NCBI GenBank assembly: GCA_002361615.1
Contig: DETK01000032.1
Coordinates: 51,297-115,296, forward strand
Source: Bacteroidales bacterium UBA3290
GTDB lineage: Bacteria > Bacteroidota > Bacteroidia > Bacteroidales > UBA932
DNA: 64,000 nucleotides
Direction: 5' to 3'
The number at the start of each line of letters is the position of its first letter. Within the stretch, counting starts at the first letter, position 1. The translations under genes and the position numbers were made by a program. The notes below the pieces were generated by a model. It had not been told where the DNA came from and made no database searches. It was given only the letters and a program-made list of their open reading frames with translations. Shown piece by piece: positions 56,712 through 64,000 of the stretch.

Positions 56712-57657
56712 AGAATTCCAGCAAGCCCCACGGGCTGATCCGGTAGAGGATTTCCTTGAGACGCGCCCGCTTTTCAAACGTGCTTCGCGCGAAAGCGCGG
56801 CTTCGGCGGCGTGCCCGTTCGAGCGGCTGGTCGAAGATGCTGGAAAGGAAGGCGAGCAGGTTTTCCTCCATCCGGTCGATGTCGCGCTCAGGCCCGGTGA
56901 GTGCGGGCGTGCGCATCATCTTGAGATAGAGTTCATCGTTCTGGTCGATGCGCCGGATGGCATCGATGACTTCGCTCCAGGAGCGGAAATCGTGGCAGTT
57001 GACGAAGGCCTGTGTGTTGAACTCCCTGCCAATGAATGGGTTGCCCCAATAGATCGGGATGGTCTGGGCCGCGAAGGCATCCATCAGGACAGGGGACGTG
57101 TAGCCCGGCTGACTGCATTCCTCGAAGGCGATGCTGAATTTGCAGTTGGCCAGGAAGGGCTGCTTCTCGGAGACGACGCCCTCAAGGGTATTGCGGAGCG
57201 CGCCGCCCGCTTCTACGGGCCGGTATTCGGAGAGGCGGTCGAAGAACAGGCTCCGCTCCGGCGTCTCTTCCTCCGCACCGTAGTGGAAACCGCAGAAGCA
57301 GCCTTTGCTCCGGATATTGTCGGAAGTGAAGTAGGTCTTGTCGTTCATCTGGGCGAAGGTCTCCCGGTCGAGATAGTAGGCCGGGAAGCGGAAGTACCGG
57401 TCGCCCAAAGTAATGTAATCCAGCCCGATCGCGTAGTCGCAGAAATTGAAATCGGGTGTGATGTCCTCCCGGGTGTAGAAGATCTTCACGCAGTCGTAGC
57501 GCAGGTGCCGTTCCCCGTAATTCGAATAGAACAGGTAGTCCGGTTCCTTGCTCAATTCGACCTGATAGTTTTGCAGGAGCATGCGGTAAAGCAGGCTCTT
57601 CTCGGGCTCGAAACCCGGCTCGAAATCCACGAAAGCGACTTTGATCAGTTTACCCAT
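56683..57657 (-). CDS. Glycosyltransferase family 10 (alpha-1,3/4-fucosyltransferase-like)
   Basis: …CKFSIAFEECSQPGYTSPVLMDAFAAQTIPIYWGNP… resembles the FutA-type motif (FENS…EK…DA…IPIYWG); 324 aa. Confidence 0.8.
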   Translation of the reverse strand: MGKLIKVAFVDFEPGFEPEKSLLYRMLLQNYQVELSKEPDYLFYSNYGERHLRYDCVKIFYTREDITPDFNFCDYAIGLDYITLGDRYFRFPAYYLDRETFAQMNDKTYFTSDNIRSKGCFCGFHYGAEEETPERSLFFDRLSEYRPVEAGGALRNTLEGVVSEKQPFLANCKFSIAFEECSQPGYTSPVLMDAFAAQTIPIYWGNPFIGREFNTQAFVNCHDFRSWSEVIDAIRRIDQNDELYLKMMRTPALTGPERDIDRMEENLLAFLSSIFDQPLERARRRSRAFARSTFEKRARLKEILYRISPWGLLEFFRSLFQKRP

Positions 57658-58492
57658 GGTTCTTATGTTTGGACAAGTTGTTGACGAGGTAGTCTTTCGC
57701 CGCCAGGATCCAGCCTTTTTTCAAGATCATCAGGCGGATGGCGTGGCGATAGGGGTGGTAGAGCCCTTTTTCCCGGGCGTAGGCGGCCATTGTGCGGAAG
57801 CTGGCCAGACGGTTCTTCCAGCGGGCAGGGTCGCGCCGCTGGCTGGTGGAACTGCCGTAGATGTGGTAGTGGTAACGCGCCGTTTCGTCGCTGGCGATCC
57901 GGCCGGCGGAGAGCAGGCTGCAGATCAGGAAACAGCTGTCCTCGGCGCTGTGGGTGTCGGGGAAGCGGATCTGATTGTCGGTGAGCAGGCTCCTTCGATA
58001 CAGATAGGTCGTGAAGTAGGAAGTGAAGCGGCAGAGGTAGCGCTTCTTGGCCTTTCCCGTAAAGGCGCCGGATTCAACGGCCGGATTCTTTTTCAGGACC
58101 GTTGCGCCGTCGGGGTGCTCGAAGACAATGCTTCCGAAAGCCAGGTCGGCATCGGCTTTTGAGGCCGCTTCGTAGAGCGAGGCACAGAATCCCGGGTCCA
58201 GCGTGTCGTCGCTGTCGAGGAATCCGACATAGGTTCCGGACGCTTTTTCAATGCCCAGGTTGCGGGCGGCGCCGGGGCCGGCGTTGACCACCGTTTCGCA
58301 GAAGACGAAGCGCTTCGGGCCTTCGTAAGTGCCCAGGCGGGTATGGGCGAAATCTATGCTGTCATCGCTCCCGTGGTCATCGACCAGGACGACCTCGAGT
58401 TCGTCGAGTGTCTGGGCGAGGACGCTGTCGAGGCATTCCGCCAGGTGGGTACGGGCGTTATAAACGGGGATGACCAGCGAAACTTTCACCAT
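57650..58492 (-). CDS. Glycosyltransferase family 2
   Basis: The track ORF is trimmed to MVKVSLVIPVYNARTHLAECLDSVLAQTLDELEVVLVDDHGSDDS…, with a later DSDD motif. No TM segment is visible. Confidence 0.85.
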   Translation of the reverse strand: MVKVSLVIPVYNARTHLAECLDSVLAQTLDELEVVLVDDHGSDDSIDFAHTRLGTYEGPKRFVFCETVVNAGPGAARNLGIEKASGTYVGFLDSDDTLDPGFCASLYEAASKADADLAFGSIVFEHPDGATVLKKNPAVESGAFTGKAKKRYLCRFTSYFTTYLYRRSLLTDNQIRFPDTHSAEDSCFLICSLLSAGRIASDETARYHYHIYGSSTSQRRDPARWKNRLASFRTMAAYAREKGLYHPYRHAIRLMILKKGWILAAKDYLVNNLSKHKNHG

Positions 58493-58493
58493 A

Positions 58494-59297
58494 TCAAGCA
58501 CTTTTCTTGCGGGCGATGCGCCGTTTGAGTTTATAGGGCCAGCGGGCGATGCGCTGGGGAATCTTGATGAGCCAGCGGACGAGTTTGTTGGCGGCAAAGG
58601 CCAGGCGGTCCGTCAGGCCGAAAGAGGGGACGGGCAGCCCCCTCAGGGCGTAGGCTTCGCGGATAACGGCGTCGATGCGGGCTTTCTGCATGCCTTGCGA
58701 AGGTTCGATGCGGCGCACGAGCCAGGATGGCATCGAATAGAAGCGGGAGAACCAGGTGTGGAGGCAGAGCGTGCGTCCCTGCGGGTCCAGCGCGATGGTC
58801 GTGATGCCGTCTGCGTGCCGGCGTGCCGGCAGGTACAGCGTAGGGAAAGTGCCGGCCATCCAGTGGAAGAAGGGATAGTAGGGCTCCTTGTCGTCCAACC
58901 TGCGGACAAGCGCCTTGCGGTCGAACCGGGTCCGGATCAGCTGCAGGTTGAATACGTTGAAGAACGGGTTGGTGACTGTCTTGTCGCGTCCTGTAGTAGC
59001 CTCGTCGCCGTCTGAGCAGCCGATGTTGGCGTAGCCGCCTTCCAGCAGGGTGCCGACCAGGTCGAGGACGGCCGGAGGGTTGACGATGAATGCATCTTCG
59101 TCTACGTTGATGGCCACGTCGCAGTCTTTGTCACGGAGCATCGTGTAGAAATAGCCGTCCGCCGTCTGGTCGGTCAGCCGCACGCAGGGGATCGGATTTC
59201 CTTCCGCGTCTTTCCAGTCGCGGAAAAGCCCTTTCGAGAGGCGGTAGAGCCGCAGGTCGAACGAGCGGGTGAAGATCTTAATGCGTGGCTGCGGCAT
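58494..59297 (-). CDS. Hypothetical protein, possible non-canonical glycosyltransferase
   Basis: 267-aa ORF with protein-like composition. It contains an acidic DxD-like stretch (AINVDEDAF) and a basic amphipathic C-tail (…KIPQRIARWPYKLKRRIARKKSA). It sits between YfhO and GT2 with a 20-nt overlap and a 1-nt gap respectively. Confidence 0.55.
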   Translation of the reverse strand: MPQPRIKIFTRSFDLRLYRLSKGLFRDWKDAEGNPIPCVRLTDQTADGYFYTMLRDKDCDVAINVDEDAFIVNPPAVLDLVGTLLEGGYANIGCSDGDEATTGRDKTVTNPFFNVFNLQLIRTRFDRKALVRRLDDKEPYYPFFHWMAGTFPTLYLPARRHADGITTIALDPQGRTLCLHTWFSRFYSMPSWLVRRIEPSQGMQKARIDAVIREAYALRGLPVPSFGLTDRLAFAANKLVRWLIKIPQRIARWPYKLKRRIARKKSA

Positions 59298-61746
59298 CCT
59301 TGCGGGTCTTGAAATGGCGGTACAGGCCCCATCCGGCGGCGGAAAGGATCAGCAGGTACATCAGCACCACGCAGATCGTGGCGATGCGGTCGCCTTTGCG
59401 GACGCTGTCGGGGTCGAAGATGAAGGTGATGTGGTGCGAGCCCTCGGGTACATTGAGGGCACGCAGCAGGTAATTGACGCGGAAATGCGCTGTTTCCTGG
59501 CCGTCGATCGTGGCTTTCCAACCGTACGGATAGTAGATTTCAGAGAATACGATGGTGCCGGGCGTGGCGCTCCGGTAATCGTAATCGAGTTGTTTGGGCG
59601 TGAAGGCCGTCAGATGTACTTCGGCATCCGGCGCGATGCCCGGCTGCGTTTGGGCGGCGAAGGCTTCGAATTCCCGGTCGAGGACGGCCGTCGTGGTAAG
59701 GTCAATCTGGTCCAGGGCGTTACTTTCAGCCCGGGCGCCGTCGACCACCATCAGCTTTTCCACGAACCAGGCGTTGCCCATCGCGCCGGGGTTCCGCTGG
59801 ACGATGGCCTGGCCACTCTCCTGGTCGGGTACGATGAGGTATTTCGTGTTGAGCATGTCGATCACGGACATGTGGTATTTCGACAGATGCTCGTCGATCA
59901 GGTCCTGGTAGCGGCGCAGTTTGGCGGCGTGGTAGCCGCCGACCGACTTGAGCCGGTAGGAGGTCCGGGCGTCGTTGAAGGTGTTCGTCGTGAGGTTCAT
60001 CACGCGGAAGTTCGGGTCTTCGTCCTGGAGGATCGTGGTCTCCCAAGGCTGCTCGGCGAAGGCGCTTTGGGTATTGCGGGGGAGCTGGAAATGACTGTCG
60101 TTGAAGTAGCGTTTGTCAACGGGCCACATATCGGTGAGTACCAGCACGCCGAGGATGGCGATCATTGCGGCGCGTGGGACCTTCTTCTCAAGGAACAGCC
60201 ACAACAGGACCGCTGCCGCAGCGATGAATGCGAAACTGCGCCAGGCGTCGCCGGTCAGGAGGGCGGCGCGGTCAGCTACGATGGCTTCCATTACTGAAGC
60301 GGGCAGCTGCGAAGCGTAGTATGCGTCGTTCGGGCCGGCAAAGGAGTATAAGGATTTGCCCAGCAGTGCGAAGAGCAGGCAGAGTCCCGCCGTTACGCCG
60401 GCCGAGATGAAGAGACTCCTGCGCATTTTCTCCTTGGGAACGGATCCGTCCATCAGGGCCTTGACGGCCAGGAATCCCAGCAGCGGCATGGCGACCTCGG
60501 CCACGATCAGGATCGAGGAGACGGCGCGGAATTTATTGTAGAGCGGGAAATGCTTGAAGAAGAACTCGGTGAGCCACATGCAGTTGTGCCCCCAGGCAAG
60601 GAGGACGGAGAAGACCGTGGCGGCCAGCAGCGCCCATTTGTAAGGACCGGCCACGACCAGGCATCCCAACAGGAAGAGGAAGCACACGATGGCGCCCATA
60701 TAGACATTGCCGGCGGTAAAAGGCTGTTCTCCCCAGTAAAGCGGGGTGTTGGCCGCGAAGTCGCGCGCCGTGGCCGCAGGGGCGCCGAGTGCCTTGACGG
60801 CCTGGTAAGTATGGGATTTCGGGCCGAGCGGGTAGTTGGAGGAGCCGCCCTTGAAGCCGGGAATCAGGAAGGAGAACGATTCGTCGATGCCGTAGCTCCA
60901 TTGCGTGGCGTATTCCAGGTCAAGACCTTTCTGCGGAGCGGCGCTTTCGTCCGTGGCCTCCACGAGGTCGGAGTGGCCGCCGCGCATGGTTTCGCGGGCG
61001 TATTCCTGATTGGCGAAGATGTTGGCACTGCCTGTTCCCAGGCCGATGCCGAGCGCTGCCACGAAGACCAGTGTGGAGATGCCGAGGGCCTTCCAGCGTT
61101 TCTCACGGGCGTGGATCCAGACTTCCGCCAGGAAGAAAAGCCCGATCATCATGAACAGGTAATAGGCCATTTGCGGATGGATGCTGAAGCCGACGGCGGT
61201 GAACAACATCACGAACACGGCGCCCAGCGCATACCGGCCCCTGAAAATCAGATAGAATCCGGCCGCGACAAGGGATATGTAGGAGATGGCGATGGTCTTG
61301 CCGCCGTGTCCGGCGGCGATGATGACGATGAAATACGACGACAGCGCCACCGCGATGGCACCCACGATCGACAGCCACTTGTCCACGCCGAAACTCCGCA
61401 TCAGGATGAAGAAGCACACGAAGTAGAAGATCAGGATCCAGGCCGGATGGTAGGGGCCCCGCTGCAGGAAACCTTTGATAGGACCCAGCAGCGTGTCGGC
61501 CTGGTAGCGGCCGCCGCCGATCTGGTAGGAAGGCATGCCGCTGAACATCGATTCGTTCCACCAGGTATGGTCGCCTGTCTGTTCGGTGTACCGGAGGCTT
61601 TCCTGGACGGCCGAAACGGCGTTGACGTCGTCGGCCGACTGGAGGACCTTTCCACTGAGCACGGGCTTGCAGTAGATGAAGGCCAGTGCGAAGAAGATGA
61701 TCAGGGCAGCGATCGTGGCTGCATATTTCTGGAGGAATGCTTTCAT
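59278..61746 (-). CDS. YfhO-family polytopic membrane protein
   Basis: 822 aa. The N-terminus MKAFLQKYAATIAALIIFFALAFIYCKPVLSGKVLQSADD…WWNESMFSGMPSYQIGG is typical of Bacteroidota YfhO proteins. Many TM helices are followed by a C-terminal extracytoplasmic domain and a final TM helix. Confidence 0.8.
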   Translation of the reverse strand: MKAFLQKYAATIAALIIFFALAFIYCKPVLSGKVLQSADDVNAVSAVQESLRYTEQTGDHTWWNESMFSGMPSYQIGGGRYQADTLLGPIKGFLQRGPYHPAWILIFYFVCFFILMRSFGVDKWLSIVGAIAVALSSYFIVIIAAGHGGKTIAISYISLVAAGFYLIFRGRYALGAVFVMLFTAVGFSIHPQMAYYLFMMIGLFFLAEVWIHAREKRWKALGISTLVFVAALGIGLGTGSANIFANQEYARETMRGGHSDLVEATDESAAPQKGLDLEYATQWSYGIDESFSFLIPGFKGGSSNYPLGPKSHTYQAVKALGAPAATARDFAANTPLYWGEQPFTAGNVYMGAIVCFLFLLGCLVVAGPYKWALLAATVFSVLLAWGHNCMWLTEFFFKHFPLYNKFRAVSSILIVAEVAMPLLGFLAVKALMDGSVPKEKMRRSLFISAGVTAGLCLLFALLGKSLYSFAGPNDAYYASQLPASVMEAIVADRAALLTGDAWRSFAFIAAAAVLLWLFLEKKVPRAAMIAILGVLVLTDMWPVDKRYFNDSHFQLPRNTQSAFAEQPWETTILQDEDPNFRVMNLTTNTFNDARTSYRLKSVGGYHAAKLRRYQDLIDEHLSKYHMSVIDMLNTKYLIVPDQESGQAIVQRNPGAMGNAWFVEKLMVVDGARAESNALDQIDLTTTAVLDREFEAFAAQTQPGIAPDAEVHLTAFTPKQLDYDYRSATPGTIVFSEIYYPYGWKATIDGQETAHFRVNYLLRALNVPEGSHHITFIFDPDSVRKGDRIATICVVLMYLLILSAAGWGLYRHFKTRKDAAATH

Positions 61747-62192
61747 AGGATGTCGATGTTGTCAAGATGGTCGCCCCGTTGCAGGGCGACGGGGTCGCCT
61801 TGTTCGAAAATCAGGAAGTCTCCGATGCGGAGCGACAGGTGCAGACTCAGTTGTTCCAGCGTACGGACGACTTGCTGGCGGAACGCCTCTCCCTGTTCCC
61901 CGACAGGCTGGAAATCGCGGCTTACCCAGGTGGCACGGTCGAGATAGGGCGTCGGCGAGCCGCCGGCCGTCAGGCCGTAGAAGAGGACGGCGGGCGCCCA
62001 GCTGTGGAAATAGCGGCTGGCAAAGCGGGGCGCGATGGCTTTGCCGGCCTTCTCGATGCGGATGCACCGGCCGCGGAAGGCCAGGGCTCCGCAGCAGTCG
62101 TCGGGCAGGCAAAAGCGGTCCGCATCCCGTACCAGGGTGATGTCCGGGCGGGCGTACCAGCTGCCGTCGGGCCTGACGACGTGGATGTTCAT
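61743..62192 (-). CDS. Hypothetical protein
   Basis: 149-aa ORF coupled by ATGA overlaps to both neighbours. No family is recognised. Confidence 0.5.
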   Translation of the reverse strand: MNIHVVRPDGSWYARPDITLVRDADRFCLPDDCCGALAFRGRCIRIEKAGKAIAPRFASRYFHSWAPAVLFYGLTAGGSPTPYLDRATWVSRDFQPVGEQGEAFRQQVVRTLEQLSLHLSLRIGDFLIFEQGDPVALQRGDHLDNIDIL

Positions 62193-62980
62193 GAGAGTGC
62201 GAGCTTGATTTTGGTCAGCTGCTGCTTGGTGTCGAGCGTGAAGTCGCCGTCCATCATCCAGCTGTAGTAGGAGGGCTCTTTCCGGAGGACGTCGGCCACC
62301 TTCTTGCCCTTGTGCTTGCCGAAGTTGAACACCGGTTCGTCGTTGTCGTCGAGGACGATGCGGCCGGCGTAATCTACGAAGCGCGACTGGCAGGAATACT
62401 TCGACAGGTAGGACACGTCGTTCTGGAGCGGGTCTTCCTCGTCGTTCCCGTAACGGTCGAGCTGGGCTTCGAGCACCTCATAGGTGGCCATCGTGTCGGC
62501 TTCCGCCGAGTGGGCGTTGTCGAGGTTCTGGCCGCAGTAGAACTTGTAGGCGGCTTTCAGGGTGCGCTGCTCCTTCTTGTGGAAGATGTTCTGCACGTCG
62601 ACGAGTTTCCGCTTGCGGAAGTCGAATTCCACGCCGGCCCGCAGGAATTCCTCGGCCAGCATCGGGATGTCGAACTTCAGGGAGTTGTAGCCCGCGATGT
62701 CGCAGCCTTCCATCAGGCGGGCGAGCGACTTGGCTACCTGCTTGAAGGTGGGGCAGTCCTTCACATCCTCGTCGCTGATGCCGTGGACGGCCTGGGCGCC
62801 GGGGGTGATGGGGATGGTGGGGTTGATGCGACGGGTTTTGACCTCCACTTTGTTGGGTTCACCCGGAGCGCCGGGCGAGACCTTGACGATGGAGATTTCC
62901 ACGATCCGGTCGGACGCGACGTTGAGGCCTGTACTCTCGATGTCGAAGAACAGGAGCGGATTCTTGAGGGCAAGTTGCAT
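62189..62980 (-). CDS. DnaQ-like 3'-5' exonuclease (DNA polymerase III epsilon family)
   Basis: ExoI motif FFDIESTGL, ExoII HGISDEDV and ExoIII HSAEADT; 263 aa, directly downstream of dnaN. Confidence 0.85.
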   Translation of the reverse strand: MQLALKNPLLFFDIESTGLNVASDRIVEISIVKVSPGAPGEPNKVEVKTRRINPTIPITPGAQAVHGISDEDVKDCPTFKQVAKSLARLMEGCDIAGYNSLKFDIPMLAEEFLRAGVEFDFRKRKLVDVQNIFHKKEQRTLKAAYKFYCGQNLDNAHSAEADTMATYEVLEAQLDRYGNDEEDPLQNDVSYLSKYSCQSRFVDYAGRIVLDDNDEPVFNFGKHKGKKVADVLRKEPSYYSWMMDGDFTLDTKQQLTKIKLALS

Positions 62981-62992
62981 AAGCCCCCGGGA

Positions 62993-64000
62993 TTAGGCGT
63001 TGATCATCACGGGCATCAGCAGGGCGCGGATGTCCACGCCGGGCTTGGATTCGTCGGCCGAGACGATGAGGGCGGCGCGGGCCGGGTCGGCCAGCTGCAT
63101 GCAGATGTTCTGGTAGGGGAGGTTGCCGAGTATCTCGAGCAGGAACGGGGCCTTGAAGCCGATCTCCATCTCCTGGCCGTCATACTGGCAGGGGAGCGTC
63201 TCGTGGGCGGACATCGAGAAGCCGAGGTCTTGTGCGGAGATCAGCAGTTCGTTGAGGCTGAGCTTCAGGCGGATCTGGTTGGAGATCTGGTTCGAGCAAA
63301 CGGCGATGCGCTTGACCACGCCCAGCAGGTCGGCGCGGCCGATGACCAGGTGGTTGTTGTTGTTCTTGGGGATGACGCTGCGGTAGGCCGGATAGTTGCC
63401 TTCGATCAGGCGGCATACCAGGATGTTGCTGCCGAAGCTGAAGTAAGCGTTCTTGTTGTCGTAGCGGATGGTGATGTCCTCGTCGTAGCGGGCCAGGATG
63501 CTCTTGAGGATCGAGGCGGGCTTCTTGTGGAGGATGAAACTGGACTTCTGCGAGAGCTTGGCGCCCGAGAAGCTGTAGCAGATGAGCTTGTGGGCGTCGG
63601 AGGCGACCAGGGTGGTGACTTCCGGGTCGATGTCGAAGAAGATACCGTTCATCACCGGGCGGAGCTCCTCTTCGGCGGTGGCGTAGATGGTGTTGTTGAT
63701 ACCGTCGAGCAGGACGGCCGAAGGGATGATGACGCTTTCTGAAATTTCATTGATCTCAGGCAGTTCCGGGAAATCAGCCGCGTCGAAGCAGGGGATCTTC
63801 GAGGCACCGCTGGCCCAGACGATGTCCATCACGGAGCTTCCCGGGTCCACGCTGAAGGAGAGCGGCTGGTCGGGGAACTCCTTGAGGGAGTCCGTCAGAA
63901 GCTTGGCGGGTACAGCCGTGGCGCCTTCCTGGGAGACCTGTGCGATGGCGATGGTGGTCTTGAGGGTGGTTTCACCGTCTGAGGCCGTGACCGTCAGGGT
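62993..64000 (-). CDS. dnaN: DNA polymerase III beta sliding clamp (5' end lies beyond the window)
   Basis: The frame is open to the window edge (…TLTVTASDGETTLKTTIAIAQVSQEGATAVPAKLLTDSLKEFPDQPLSF…). The C-terminus …ALLMPVMINA* is typical of DnaN. Confidence 0.9.
   Translation of the reverse strand, partial: TLTVTASDGETTLKTTIAIAQVSQEGATAVPAKLLTDSLKEFPDQPLSFSVDPGSSVMDIVWASGASKIPCFDAADFPELPEINEISESVIIPSAVLLDGINNTIYATAEEELRPVMNGIFFDIDPEVTTLVASDAHKLICYSFSGAKLSQKSSFILHKKPASILKSILARYDEDITIRYDNKNAYFSFGSNILVCRLIEGNYPAYRSVIPKNNNNHLVIGRADLLGVVKRIAVCSNQISNQIRLKLSLNELLISAQDLGFSMSAHETLPCQYDGQEMEIGFKAPFLLEILGNLPYQNICMQLADPARAALIVSADESKPGVDIRALLMPVMINA

Overview
The window reads as a GC-rich Bacteroidota chromosome segment, plausibly Rikenellaceae/Alistipes-like. 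That placement is an inference from TAnnTTTG-type promoter boxes, an nqrA-F operon, typical Bacteroidota gene neighbourhoods and high GC. It is densely coding. I count about 56 supportable CDS, 4 tRNAs (Leu-GAG, Arg-CCT, Val-GAC, Lys-TTT) and several intrinsic terminators. I found no rRNA, CRISPR array, transposase or prophage. Core genes include guaA, typA, rpmF, xerD, nth, gyrB, lnt, a UvrD-family helicase, nqrABCDEF, and dnaN (partial at the right edge). Two blocks look accessory. The first (about 6.1-10.1 kb) is a tightly linked HAD hydrolase, an unknown 337-aa protein, and a rifampin-phosphotransferase-architecture enzyme; it ends at an unusual nested inverted repeat. The second (about 45.1-61.7 kb) is a surface-glycan locus. 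It has a CDP-3,6-dideoxyhexose pathway with an E1-type RfbH but no E3 reductase, a flippase, four GT2/GT10 transferases, a WbsX-like protein, an acyltransferase, a YfhO-family membrane protein and an orphan 267-aa protein. Part of this locus is chained by overlapping stop/start codons to the dnaN/exonuclease replication genes. Other points worth a second look are a Cys/His-rich C-terminal tail on NqrC, a roughly 145-nt structured spacer ahead of tRNA-Arg, and a T-tract-less hairpin plus hexamer repeats downstream of tRNA-Val. Many long ORFs in the supplied track are antisense shadow ORFs of a GC-rich genome and were rejected. All functional calls come from reading the translations by eye, with no database search, so family-level calls are firmer than specific substrate assignments.
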